A DNA stretch of 64,000 bases from Desulfotignum sp. (GTDB lineage Bacteria; Desulfobacterota; Desulfobacteria; Desulfobacterales; Desulfobacteraceae): positions 8,972-72,971 of the forward strand of contig JAABSO010000015.1 of assembly GCA_011390335.1 (NCBI GenBank). Reading direction: 5' to 3'. Each line of letters opens with the position of its first letter. Positions within the stretch are counted from its first letter, which is position 1. Position numbers and translations under genes: made by a program. Shown piece after piece: positions 37,972 through 47,884 of this stretch. The notes beneath the pieces were generated by a model that searched no databases, was not told the DNA's origin, and saw only the letters and a program-made list of their open reading frames with translations.

Positions 37972-39501
37972 ATGAAGTTGAATAAACTTGCACTTGTCAT
38001 GATGCTGGTTGGTTTTTTCATTTTTGCAACAGAGATTTTTGCAGCTGATAATGACCCGGAACATGTGAATCCGGCCGGCCAGGCGGTACAGGCGCAGCAG
38101 GCCAATGGGCCGGAACATGGACCTGGAGATGGACACGGGGATGCAGGGGGGCACGGCCACCCGGACTTAGGCAAGATACTGCCCCTGTATGCCTGCATCC
38201 CCTTTGCCTGCATGCTGCTGTCCATAGCTCTTTTGCCCCTTGTGGCCGGCACCTTCTGGCACCACCATTTCGGCAAAATTTCCGCTTTCTGGGCCGCCAG
38301 TCTGGCCATTCCGTTTGTAGTGGTCTACAAAGGAGATGCGGTTTACGAAATTCTGCATATCATCCTGGCGGATTATGTGCCTTTTATTATCCTGCTGTGG
38401 GCTTTGTTTACGATTTCCGGGGGGATACTGCTGCGGGGCACCCTGCGGGGCACCCCTGTGGTGAATACCGGCATTATTCTTTTGGGCACCATCCTGGCCT
38501 CCTGGATGGGAACAACCGGTGCGGCCATGCTGCTGATCCGGCCGTTTCTGCGGGCCAATGATTTCAGGAAAAACAGAACTTTCATGGTGGTTTTTTTCAT
38601 ATTTCTGGTGGCCAATGTGGGCGGATCATTGACACCACTGGGGGACCCGCCCCTGTTTTTAGGGTTTCTCCACGGGGTCAGTTTTTTCTGGACCATGAAC
38701 ATTGCCCCCCACATGCTGCTGACCAGCGGGATTTTGCTGGTGATCTATTTTTTTCTGGACTCCTGGTATTTCAAAAAAGAAGGGGCGGTTGTGCCGGATG
38801 ACGGGGAAAAAAAGCCGCTGCGCCTGGTGGGAACCTATAATTTCATTTTTCTGGGCGGTGTCATCGCTGCCGTGCTCATGAGCGGCATCCTGGACTTAGG
38901 GGAGGTGAACACCTTCGGGGTGCACCGGGCCATCCAGGACTGGATGCGGGATATCATCCTTATTGTGCTTGGCGGTCTTTCCCTGTGGGCCACACCCTGG
39001 ACCCTGCGGGAGGAAAACGAATTCTCCTGGTTTCCCATCATCGAGGTGGCCTATCTGTTCATCGGGATTTTTGTCACCATGATTCCCTGCCTGCTGCTGC
39101 TCAAGGCTGGACCTGACGGGTCCTTTGCCTTTCTTATTGCAGCAGTGAAAGAACCGTTCCATTATTTCTGGGTCACCGGCGTGCTGTCGGCATTTTTGGA
39201 CAATGCCCCCACCTATCTGACTTTTTTCAACACCGCTCTGGGCAGTTTTTATGCAGGCATGCCGGAATCAGCTTCCGTACCTTTGCTGATGACCGATAAA
39301 ATGGTGTATCTGCAAGCCATTTCCACCGGGGCCGTGTTTTTCGGGGCGGTCAGTTATATCGGCAATGCCCCCAATTTCATGGTCAGGTCCATTGCGGCTG
39401 AATCCGGCACCATGATGCCCAGTTTTTTCGGGTATATTTTCAAATATTCTTTGGTGTTTCTGATTCCTACCTTTGTGATTGTCACCGTAATTTTCTTTTA
39501 A
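37972..39501 (+). CDS. Putative sodium:proton antiporter (IT superfamily)
   Basis: ASWMGTTGAAMLL, ANVGGSLTPLGDPPLFLG, SAFLDNAPTY, YIGNAPNFMV; His-rich N-terminal linker. Confidence 0.85.
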   Translation: MKLNKLALVMMLVGFFIFATEIFAADNDPEHVNPAGQAVQAQQANGPEHGPGDGHGDAGGHGHPDLGKILPLYACIPFACMLLSIALLPLVAGTFWHHHFGKISAFWAASLAIPFVVVYKGDAVYEILHIILADYVPFIILLWALFTISGGILLRGTLRGTPVVNTGIILLGTILASWMGTTGAAMLLIRPFLRANDFRKNRTFMVVFFIFLVANVGGSLTPLGDPPLFLGFLHGVSFFWTMNIAPHMLLTSGILLVIYFFLDSWYFKKEGAVVPDDGEKKPLRLVGTYNFIFLGGVIAAVLMSGILDLGEVNTFGVHRAIQDWMRDIILIVLGGLSLWATPWTLREENEFSWFPIIEVAYLFIGIFVTMIPCLLLLKAGPDGSFAFLIAAVKEPFHYFWVTGVLSAFLDNAPTYLTFFNTALGSFYAGMPESASVPLLMTDKMVYLQAISTGAVFFGAVSYIGNAPNFMVRSIAAESGTMMPSFFGYIFKYSLVFLIPTFVIVTVIFF

Positions 39502-39542
39502 TATACTGTCCGTGATAAGGCATTATTGAAAAAGGAGCAGCC

Positions 39543-41606
39543 ATGTATTTTGACCTGAAGGGATTGAAAATTGCCATCATCGGCGGCGGTGATCCCTGCG
39601 GGGAAATTCTGGATCACCTTACCGGCCCCGGGTTGAAAGAGATGGGCATCCAGGTGCTCATGGTGGCTGATACCATAGACATTGTAAGGGGCATTGTCCG
39701 GGCAAAAGAACTAAACATCCCCACTGCAAATGATTACAATGCCGTGTGTGACCTTTCAGGCCTGGATGTGATCCTGAAATTGAAAAATGATGAACTGCTC
39801 TCGTGCATCCTGGAAAAGGTGAATTTCGAACGGGTGAGCATCATCGATCTGGACAATTACGGTGCCATGTCCTTTATCAATTTTTTAAAGACGGAAGCAG
39901 AAAAAATCCGGATAAGAAAACGTATCCAGACGCAGGATATGTGCAAAGAAGAGACTGCTGATCTTTTTGAACGCTTTTCCATCCGGATCAATGAAATTGC
40001 GGAAAACCGCATTGCCTACCTGGAAGAAGAACACCGGGACCTGCAGAAAATGGAAAAAGAGCTGAACCAGATCATCCAGGGCAGCATGATCCCCACCTTT
40101 ATCATCAACAACGAACACATGATCACCCATTGGAACGCGGCATGTGAGGAGCTCACCGGGTACCCGGCCTATGAACTGGTGGGCACCGACCGGCAGTGGG
40201 CCCCTTTCCGATCCGCCAAACGTCCCACCCTGGCGGATGTGGTGGTGGCCCAGATGGATGAAAAAGAGGTGCACAAATATTACGGCAATGCCTGGCGCAA
40301 GTGCAAAATAATCAATGCAGCCTATGAGGCGGAAGAGTTTTTCCCGCACCTGGGAGAAAACGGAAAATGGATATTTTTCACGGCCGCTCCCATCAAATCA
40401 CCGGATGGAAAAATCATCGGCGCCATCCAGACCCTGCGGGACAGAACCGAAGACAAAAAAGCCCAGGAGGAGATTGAACTCCAGGACCAGGAGCTGTCCA
40501 AACTCCATGAAAAATATAAAAAATCGGAAGAAAAATACCGGTCCCTTTTTAATGAGAATCCCAATCCCATTTTTATCATTGACAGCCAGACCTTTGAAAT
40601 TCTGGATGTGAACCACAGGGTCCAGGAAAATTACGGGTATTCCAAGTCCGAGCTGCTGGGCACCTCGTTTCTGGAGATCGGTGAAAAAACCGACGACACC
40701 ATCAAGCAGGGCATGCAGGGATTGACCCGGGGCGGTTCCATGCTGTTCACCAAAAAACGCCACTGGCGGAAAATCGGCCAGTCTTTTTTTGTGAATATCA
40801 AGGTGGTAAAGGTGGTTTACAGCCACCGGGATGTGCTCATTGCCTCTACCACAGATATCACCGAAAGCGTGGAAAAAGAAACCCAGCTGATCCAGGCCGG
40901 TAAACTGGCCACCCTGGGCACCATGGCAGCCGGCATGGCCCATGAAATCAACCAGCCGTTGAATGTGATCCAGATCTGTGCGGACCTTATCCAGAAAATG
41001 GTGAAAAAGAAGGTACCCATTCCGGATGACGAGCTGGTGGGCATGGCAAAAGATATCATTGAAAACGTGGCACGGGCCTCCGGGGTGATCAAACATGTGC
41101 GGGATTTTGCCAGGCAGTCTGAACGGGATTTGAAAAAACTCAACATCAACGATCCCATCACAGATGTGTTCAAGGTACTGGGACACCAGCTCTCGGTCCA
41201 TTCCATTGAAAAGACCCTGGAGCTTTCTGAAAACCTGCCAAAGATCCGGGCGGAGCACAACCGTCTGGAGCAGGTGTTCATCAACCTGGTGACCAATGCC
41301 ATTGATGCCATGGATGAAAAGGCTTCCAAAACACAAGGGTCTGTGAAAAAAATGCTGACCATTAAAACCTTTGCCCAAAACGGTTATGTGGTGGCAACCG
41401 TGTCCGATACAGGGGTGGGGATGAATGAGGAAGTAAAAAACAAGATTTTTGAACCTTTTTTCACCACCAAGGACACCGGTAAAGGCACCGGCCTGGGAAC
41501 CAGCATCAGTTTCGGGATTATCAAGGATTACAGCGGCACCATTGATGTAAAAAGTGTGGAAGGTGAGGGGTCTTGTTTTACCATTTCATTTCCGGCCATA
41601 AAATAG
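39543..41606 (+). CDS. Cytoplasmic PAS-PAS histidine kinase with N-terminal Rossmann-like domain
   Basis: KIAIIGGG...IQVLMVAD N-terminus; two PAS; AHEINQPL; QVFINLVTNA; GKGTGLG. Confidence 0.9.
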   Translation: MYFDLKGLKIAIIGGGDPCGEILDHLTGPGLKEMGIQVLMVADTIDIVRGIVRAKELNIPTANDYNAVCDLSGLDVILKLKNDELLSCILEKVNFERVSIIDLDNYGAMSFINFLKTEAEKIRIRKRIQTQDMCKEETADLFERFSIRINEIAENRIAYLEEEHRDLQKMEKELNQIIQGSMIPTFIINNEHMITHWNAACEELTGYPAYELVGTDRQWAPFRSAKRPTLADVVVAQMDEKEVHKYYGNAWRKCKIINAAYEAEEFFPHLGENGKWIFFTAAPIKSPDGKIIGAIQTLRDRTEDKKAQEEIELQDQELSKLHEKYKKSEEKYRSLFNENPNPIFIIDSQTFEILDVNHRVQENYGYSKSELLGTSFLEIGEKTDDTIKQGMQGLTRGGSMLFTKKRHWRKIGQSFFVNIKVVKVVYSHRDVLIASTTDITESVEKETQLIQAGKLATLGTMAAGMAHEINQPLNVIQICADLIQKMVKKKVPIPDDELVGMAKDIIENVARASGVIKHVRDFARQSERDLKKLNINDPITDVFKVLGHQLSVHSIEKTLELSENLPKIRAEHNRLEQVFINLVTNAIDAMDEKASKTQGSVKKMLTIKTFAQNGYVVATVSDTGVGMNEEVKNKIFEPFFTTKDTGKGTGLGTSISFGIIKDYSGTIDVKSVEGEGSCFTISFPAIK

Positions 41607-41618
41607 GGAAAAACTGCT

Positions 41619-43163
41619 ATGCCAGCCAATAAGATACTGATTGTGGATGATGAACAGGTCATTGTGCGGCTGTTGTCCATGTCCTTGAAAAGTGACGGGT
41701 ATGAGACATTGAGCGCCTTCAGTGGTGAAGAGGCCCTGGATGTGTTTGAAAAATCTGATCCTGATATCGTGGTGACCGACATCAAAATGCCGGGCATGGA
41801 CGGGCTGGAACTGCTCAAAAAAATCAAGGAGCTTGACCCGGAAAAAGAGGTGATCATTGTCACGGGCCACGGGGATATCGATTCCACCATCACGGCCCTG
41901 CAGTACGGCGCCAGCGATTTTATCAACAAGCCGGTGCGGGACGAGGCCCTGGCCATTGCCCTGGACCGGGCCAAAACAAAGATCAGTATCAGGGAACAGC
42001 TGGCCTCCTATACCCATGATCTGGAGGATAAGGTGGCGGAAGCCACAACAGAAATTCGGCGCAAGTCCAATTTCCAGCGGCTGTTGATTCACTCCAGCCA
42101 TGATGCCATTGTGGCATTTGATCAGGACTGGCAGATCGTGGTGTATAATCCGGAGGCTGCGAAGATATTTGAAAAAAAACCCGGGGATGTCCTTGGCAAA
42201 ATGACCATTGATGAATTGTATACCCCACAACTGGCACAATATTTCAGAAAAGAGGCCAAAAATAAAGCCAATGACCGGGATATGCCCTGGCAGGAGATGA
42301 CCCTGGAAACACGCTGCAAAAAACAGATCCCGGTGCGGTATGCCACCAATGTGCTCCATGAAAAACATGAATTCATGGGAATTGTCAATTTTTTCCAGGA
42401 TCTCACCGAGATCAAGCGGCTGGAAAAAGAACTGATCCAGTCGGAACGTATGGCAGCGGTGGGTCAGACGGTTTCCGGCCTGGCCCATTATGTGAAAAAT
42501 ATCCTTATCGGTCTTAAGGGCGGCAGTTATGTGGTGGATGTGGGGCTCCGGAACAACAACATGGAAAAGCTTACGACCGGCTGGCTGACCATCAAGAAGA
42601 ATATCAAACGGGTGGCGGATCTGACCCAGGATATGCTCACCTATTCAAAGGAACGAAAACCGGAAGCCGAGCTGTGTTTTCCCAATGAGATTGTGGATGA
42701 GGTGGTGGACCTGGTGACCGACTTTGCAGCTTCCCATAATATTCAAATTTCCAAGATCTGTGATCCGCAACTGGGGGAGATGGTGCTGGATCCCCGCACC
42801 ATTCACCGGGCTTTGCTGAACCTTATGAACAATGCCATTGAAGCCTGCCTGGAACTGGAAGAGGAAAACAAAAAATTTGTTGTGGAGATCAGTACAAAAA
42901 AAGGGGATGACGGATCAGCAGTCTTTTCCGTCAAAGACAACGGCATCGGCATGGATGAAGAAACCCGGACCAAGCTGTTTACTCCCATGTTCAGTTCTAA
43001 AGGGGGTAAAGGTACCGGTCTTGGGCTTCTTGTGACCAAAAAACTGGTGGAAGAGCATGGGGGCACCATTGACATTGACACCAGTTTGGGATATGGATCT
43101 GTGTTTACCATGAGGCTGCCTGAGCAACCAGGGGACAGCCGGAATGGTAACAAAAAAGGATAG
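41619..43163 (+). CDS. REC-PAS-histidine kinase hybrid
   Basis: N-terminal REC (VDDE, TDIKMP), PAS, H-box AHYVKNIL, GKGTGLGL. Confidence 0.9.
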   Translation: MPANKILIVDDEQVIVRLLSMSLKSDGYETLSAFSGEEALDVFEKSDPDIVVTDIKMPGMDGLELLKKIKELDPEKEVIIVTGHGDIDSTITALQYGASDFINKPVRDEALAIALDRAKTKISIREQLASYTHDLEDKVAEATTEIRRKSNFQRLLIHSSHDAIVAFDQDWQIVVYNPEAAKIFEKKPGDVLGKMTIDELYTPQLAQYFRKEAKNKANDRDMPWQEMTLETRCKKQIPVRYATNVLHEKHEFMGIVNFFQDLTEIKRLEKELIQSERMAAVGQTVSGLAHYVKNILIGLKGGSYVVDVGLRNNNMEKLTTGWLTIKKNIKRVADLTQDMLTYSKERKPEAELCFPNEIVDEVVDLVTDFAASHNIQISKICDPQLGEMVLDPRTIHRALLNLMNNAIEACLELEEENKKFVVEISTKKGDDGSAVFSVKDNGIGMDEETRTKLFTPMFSSKGGKGTGLGLLVTKKLVEEHGGTIDIDTSLGYGSVFTMRLPEQPGDSRNGNKKG

Positions 43164-43170
43164 GTGAGTT

Positions 43171-43560
43171 ATGAGTAAAAAAGTGCTTGTGGTGGACGAT
43201 GATCCGGATGTCAGGTCATTTGTTGTCACGGTTCTGGAAGAAAACCAGTATACACCTCTGGTGGCCTGTGACGGTGTGGAAGGGCTGGAGATGATTCAAA
43301 AAGAAAAGCCCGACCTGGTGATACTGGATGTGCTCATGCCCAGGGGAAGCGGCATCCGCCTTTACCGCCACCTGAAAACCGATGATGCCCTTAAAGCTGT
43401 TCCGGTGATCATGTTCACCGGTATTGCCCTGCGGTCCTTTCTCAAATCCCAGAAAGCCCTGGAAGAGTTCAAGGGAGAAAAGGTGCCGGAACCTGATATT
43501 TACCTGGAAAAACCGGTGGAACCCCAGGAACTGGTGGATGCCATCAAAAAAAAGATTTAA
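43171..43560 (+). CDS. Single-domain response regulator
   Basis: VVDDD, ILDVLMP, EKP. Confidence 0.9.
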   Translation: MSKKVLVVDDDPDVRSFVVTVLEENQYTPLVACDGVEGLEMIQKEKPDLVILDVLMPRGSGIRLYRHLKTDDALKAVPVIMFTGIALRSFLKSQKALEEFKGEKVPEPDIYLEKPVEPQELVDAIKKKI

Positions 43561-43624
43561 ATGGTGCCGTAAAAAACCGTGTCCCAGGAGAATGTGACAA
43601 GACTAAGGACAGGAAGGTGTGTTC

Positions 43625-44500
43625 ATGAAAATCAAGAAACTGTTGTTTGTGACCAAATTTGAAAGCCTATGCTATGATGCATTGCATTCACTTCTTGACT
43701 TAAGAAAATCCGGCCTGGAACATGTGGTTTTTTTAAATGTGATCGAGCGGGAAAAAGTGACCATGCGGCGGGGCAAGGGATATGTAAAAGATGATGAAGT
43801 ACGGCTCAAGGAAATTGCCAATATAAGGTTCATCGACTGGGCGGAAAACCTGTTTGAAATGGGCATGGAGGTGGGGGCCTATATTGAAGTCGCTTCTCTG
43901 ATTCCCAAGATTGTCGAGGTGGTTGAAAAAGAAAAGCCTGACCTCATCGTCATCGGCCGGTCCCAGAAAGGAAAGATTGAACAGCTGTATTCCAGATCTG
44001 ATATCACAGAGTTGACCCGCAGATCCCCAGTGCCCATCCTGGTGTTCAAGCACATGACCGAAAACAAACTGGTGCCGGCAAAAATTTTTGAAAGACCTTT
44101 GTTTGCCACCTCTTGGTCCAACAGCAGCGAAAAAGCCGTGGCATGCCTCAAGGAGCTGGGAAATGTCATTGGTGAAATGCATATTATGCATGTGGTGGAT
44201 GAAAAGGATCTGAAAACCGCAGATACCCATGTGGTACAGCAGGTGCGCAAAAAAGAGAGAAACCGGCTGGATGATCTGTGTGCGGAGTTTGAAGAAAAAG
44301 GCATATCTGCCAGGCCCCATGTGTATGTGGGAGACCCGGAAACAGAAATATTGAGGGCAGCCCAGGAATACCAGGCATCCATGATCATTCTGGGCTTCAG
44401 TGACCGCACCGCCCTGATGGAGCGCTGGATGGGATCCATTTCCAGAAATATTGCTGATAAATCTCCGTATCCCTGCCTGCTGTTTCCGGTGAAAAAATAA
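43625..44500 (+). CDS. Tandem-domain universal stress protein
   Basis: Two USP domains: PDLIVIGR...PVPILV; MIILG...WMGSISRNIA..SPYPCLL. Confidence 0.88.
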   Translation: MKIKKLLFVTKFESLCYDALHSLLDLRKSGLEHVVFLNVIEREKVTMRRGKGYVKDDEVRLKEIANIRFIDWAENLFEMGMEVGAYIEVASLIPKIVEVVEKEKPDLIVIGRSQKGKIEQLYSRSDITELTRRSPVPILVFKHMTENKLVPAKIFERPLFATSWSNSSEKAVACLKELGNVIGEMHIMHVVDEKDLKTADTHVVQQVRKKERNRLDDLCAEFEEKGISARPHVYVGDPETEILRAAQEYQASMIILGFSDRTALMERWMGSISRNIADKSPYPCLLFPVKK

Positions 44501-44544
44501 AGGGGTTTGATGAGGGAAAGTGGGTCAGGCTTGTGAGGGGAAAT

Positions 44545-44634
44545 GGGGTCAGGCTTGCGTTAATGGCATTATCGGTGCTGTCATGGGGTCATAAAGGCTG
44601 TGGTAGATAACGCCAATAACACAAGCCTGACCCC
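44545..44634. repeat. 90-bp REPIN/MITE-like palindromic element, copy 2 (inverted relative to copy 1), with an extra partial arm at ~44511-44533
   Basis: ggggtcaggcttgcgttaatggcattatc...gataacgccaataacacaagcctgacccc; reverse complement is colinear with 37858-37947 including the loop. Confidence 0.9.
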
Positions 44635-44661
44635 TCACACAGTTTTCAACAAAGGGTTTGT

Positions 44662-45129
44662 ATGAAATTACTATTTATAGATGATGAACAGACATTTTTA
44701 AAATATATTGCCAAGCGGCTGAAGCTTGAGGGGTTTACGGTTAAAACCACGTTTTCAGGCGAAGAAGGGGTGGCAGCAGCGGCACAAGAGGTGTTTGACG
44801 TGGCTGTAGTGGATTTGCAGATGCCCGGCATTGACGGCATTGAGGTACAGCGCAGGCTCAAGGATCTGCAGCCGGATCTGCCCTGTATTGTGCTCACCGG
44901 TCACGGGAGTGTGGAAAACGCCCTTGAAAGCGGCAAATACAACGCGTTCAAATTTTTGTCCAAACCTGTGGACATGGATACCCTCATTGAGACTATCCAG
45001 GCAGCCCATGATTTTCGTCGTGAAAAAGAGGCGGCCGGCACTCCGGATGCGGCAGCAGCATCAGAAGGGCAGGGGCCGGTGTCCAAATTTTTTAAAAAAT
45101 TCCGCAGCATTTATGGTGTAGAAAAATAA
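44662..45129 (+). CDS. Response regulator (REC plus short tail)
   Basis: FIDDE, VDLQMPG, LTGHGS, SKP. Confidence 0.9.
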   Translation: MKLLFIDDEQTFLKYIAKRLKLEGFTVKTTFSGEEGVAAAAQEVFDVAVVDLQMPGIDGIEVQRRLKDLQPDLPCIVLTGHGSVENALESGKYNAFKFLSKPVDMDTLIETIQAAHDFRREKEAAGTPDAAAASEGQGPVSKFFKKFRSIYGVEK

Positions 45130-45217
45130 ACATATAAACAGCCGCCGGTGTTACGGGCTTTTTTTGTGAACGGACTGGTACGTGAAACCCCGGTGAAAAT
45201 AAAAAGGAAAGTGGGTG

Positions 45218-45763
45218 ATGGAAGAAAACAGATATGAAAATAAAGAGAGCGGAACCGGCACACCGTCGGGATCAGCCTTTCTTTCATTTTTTATCACTTT
45301 TTTTTTCATGTTTGCTACCTGGATCATCCTGTCCGGCAAATTCGATCCTTTGCTGCTGGGTCTGGGACTTTTTTCAAGTGCGCTCGTGGCCTGGTTTTTT
45401 CATGATCTGCTGTTTGCCGGTGTCAGCATGAAACAGGCAGGGGTGTTTGTCAGGTTCTGCCGGTATATGCCCTGGCTTGTCATGGAGATCATCAAAGCCA
45501 ATTTTCATATCTTATATCTTGTGTTTCATCCCAGGATGCTTCAGCTCATTGATCCCCACATTATCCAGTTCCAGACCGGCTTAAAATCCGACATTGCTAT
45601 CACCACCCTGGCCAATGCCATTACCCTGACCCCCGGGACGGTGACCATAACAGCCACTTCCGAAGGCGGCTTCCGGGTGCACGCCATTGACAGGCCCAGT
45701 GCTGAATCGCTTCCCGGTGCCATGCGGGACCGGGTGGCCCATGTTTACGGAGAAAAGATATGA
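45218..45763 (+). CDS. mnhE: Mrp/Mnh Na+/H+ antiporter subunit E
   Basis: LANAITLTPGTVT, VHAID. Confidence 0.9.
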   Translation: MEENRYENKESGTGTPSGSAFLSFFITFFFMFATWIILSGKFDPLLLGLGLFSSALVAWFFHDLLFAGVSMKQAGVFVRFCRYMPWLVMEIIKANFHILYLVFHPRMLQLIDPHIIQFQTGLKSDIAITTLANAITLTPGTVTITATSEGGFRVHAIDRPSAESLPGAMRDRVAHVYGEKI

Positions 45764-46047
45764 CCTATTTTTTTTCATGTATTGCCGTTGCCCTGTGCCT
45801 GATCATGGTGCTGCCGCTGTATCGGTGCCTGTTCGGCCCCACGGTGCTGGACCGGCTGGTGGGGGTGAATGCCATCGGCAGCAAAACCGTTGTGCTGCTT
45901 TTGCTCATAGGATACCTGTACGGCCGGGTGGACATGTTTGTGGACATTGCCCTGGCATATGCGTTTTTAAATTTTGTGGCCGTGCTTGCCGCCTCCCGGT
46001 ATTTTCACAAGCGCAAAGGCCTGTACGAAGAATCATTCATGGAGTGA
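45760..46047 (+). CDS. mnhF: Mrp/Mnh subunit F
   Basis: RCLFGPTVLDRLVG, DIALAYAFLNFV. Confidence 0.9.
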   Translation: MTYFFSCIAVALCLIMVLPLYRCLFGPTVLDRLVGVNAIGSKTVVLLLLIGYLYGRVDMFVDIALAYAFLNFVAVLAASRYFHKRKGLYEESFME

Positions 46048-46385
46048 TGATGCATATTCTCATAAATATTGCGGCCATTTTTTTTCTGGTCATGGGCCTG
46101 GTTTTTTTTCTGGGCGGGGCTGTAGGCATCATCCGGATGCCTGATTTTTATTCAAGGCTGCATCCTGCCGGAAAACTGGACACCCTGGGGATATTTGCCA
46201 TGGTCACGGGACTGGTTATCTTCAACCTGCACCATTTTTCCCTTGAAACCCTGCTGTTGTCCATCAAAATGTTTCTGATTGTGTTTTTTGTGTTCCTGGC
46301 CAGTCCCACAGCCACCCATTCCATTGTGGATGCCGGCATGCGGGCGGGACTGCGGCCCTGGACACAAAAAAAGAAAAAGGAATAA
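46047..46385 (+). CDS. mnhG: Mrp/Mnh subunit G
   Basis: GIIRMPDFYSRLH.AGKLDTLG, SPTATH; TGATG coupling. Confidence 0.9.
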   Translation: MMHILINIAAIFFLVMGLVFFLGGAVGIIRMPDFYSRLHPAGKLDTLGIFAMVTGLVIFNLHHFSLETLLLSIKMFLIVFFVFLASPTATHSIVDAGMRAGLRPWTQKKKKE

Positions 46386-46391
46386 CCTAAG

Positions 46392-46637
46392 ATGCTGTGG
46401 CCCATTGACCTGATTGTATTGACCTTTGTGATTTTCTGCGCCATTGCCGCCATCACTGTCCGGGACCTTTTGGGAACCGCCATTTTATTCAGTGCATATT
46501 CCTTTTTGATGTGCCTGTTATGGGCTGTCATGGGGGCGGTGGATGTGGCATTCACCGAAGCATCGGTAGGCGCCGGGGTGAGCACTGTCTTTTTGGTGGC
46601 AGCGGTGTTTCGTACCAGCAGGAGGACAAAAGATTGA
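46392..46637 (+). CDS. DUF4040 / MrpA C-terminal-like small subunit
   Basis: AVDVAFTEASVGAG. Confidence 0.85.
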   Translation: MLWPIDLIVLTFVIFCAIAAITVRDLLGTAILFSAYSFLMCLLWAVMGAVDVAFTEASVGAGVSTVFLVAAVFRTSRRTKD

Positions 46638-47458
46638 AATTTTTCGGCTTTGTTATCGTCTGTCTTACCGGCGGACTGTTGCTGTATGGCACCATGGACC
46701 TGCCGGACTGGGGTGATCCCGGATCCCCGGCATCCACCCATCTGTCTGACTATTATATTGAGCATATTGTGGAAGAAACCCAGGTACCCAACCTGGTGAC
46801 AGCTGTACTGGCGGACTACAGGGGATATGACACCATGTTTGAGACTGCGGTGGTGTTTTGCGCAGGACTTGCCTGCTTTCTTCTGCTCAGGGATTTTCGA
46901 CCCAAAAAAGACCGGTATTTCCGGCACGTGCCCACCGGGGTGATGCTGCATTTCAAGAACCCGCAAACCCGCCTGATTGCGGGAAATGAATTTGAGCACA
47001 TGGACAAAGACTGGGTGCCCTCGGATATGATCATCAAAACCGTGTGCCGGATACTGATTCCCTTTATCCAGATCTATGCACTGTATGTGGTGGCCCATGG
47101 GGACTTTTCACCGGGAGGCGGGTTCCAGGGCGGGGTGATCTTCGGATCCAGCCTGATTCTGATGGCCATCTCCTATAACCTGAAAACCCTGGTAAAAAGG
47201 GTGACGGAAAAATTTTTGTCTGTTTTTGCCGCCCTGGGGGTCTTGATTTACGTGGGACTCGGGGTGGCTGCCATGCTCATGGGAGGGCATTTTCTGGACT
47301 ACGGCATGCTGGCGCCGCTTTTGCCTTCTGATCCCGGCCATATCCGGGCCTTAGGGATGCTGGGGGTGGAGATCGGTGTGGGCATTGCCGTGATGGCGGT
47401 CATGGTGATCATTTACATTAATATCGTCTCTGAAGGCAGACATGATGAAGGACTGTAG
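46634..47458 (+). CDS. mnhB: Mrp/Mnh subunit B
   Basis: PNLVTAVLADYRGYDTMFE, HGDFSPGGGFQGG; TTG start overlapping upstream stop. Confidence 0.88.
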   Translation: MKFFGFVIVCLTGGLLLYGTMDLPDWGDPGSPASTHLSDYYIEHIVEETQVPNLVTAVLADYRGYDTMFETAVVFCAGLACFLLLRDFRPKKDRYFRHVPTGVMLHFKNPQTRLIAGNEFEHMDKDWVPSDMIIKTVCRILIPFIQIYALYVVAHGDFSPGGGFQGGVIFGSSLILMAISYNLKTLVKRVTEKFLSVFAALGVLIYVGLGVAAMLMGGHFLDYGMLAPLLPSDPGHIRALGMLGVEIGVGIAVMAVMVIIYINIVSEGRHDEGL

Positions 47459-47467
47459 GAGAACCCC

Positions 47468-47884
47468 ATGAGTGACATCCTGCCGCTGATCGTGGCAAAA
47501 TACAATTTCTGGCTCTATATCATTCTCATGATGATCGGGCTGTATGCCATGATCGCCAAAAACAATCTGATGAAAAAACTGGTGGGCATGAACATCTTTC
47601 AAACCGCCATTATCCTGTTTTATGTGTCCATCGGATACAAGCACGGGGCCACCATCCCCATCATTCAGGGGGGGCATGGCGGTCATTCAGCCCATGATGC
47701 CGTGATCCATGCAGCAGATTACATCAACCCGCTGCCCCATGTGCTCATGCTCACCGCCATTGTGGTGTCGGTGGCCACCTTCGGGGTGGCCATGGCATTG
47801 TGTGTCCGGATTTACCAGCGGTACCAGACCCTGGAAGAAGATGAACTGAGAATGCGCGTATCTGAAAGAATTACCCATGAATAA
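47468..47884 (+). CDS. mnhC: Mrp/Mnh subunit C
   Basis: NLMKKLVG, NPLPHVLMLTAIVV. Confidence 0.9.
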   Translation: MSDILPLIVAKYNFWLYIILMMIGLYAMIAKNNLMKKLVGMNIFQTAIILFYVSIGYKHGATIPIIQGGHGGHSAHDAVIHAADYINPLPHVLMLTAIVVSVATFGVAMALCVRIYQRYQTLEEDELRMRVSERITHE

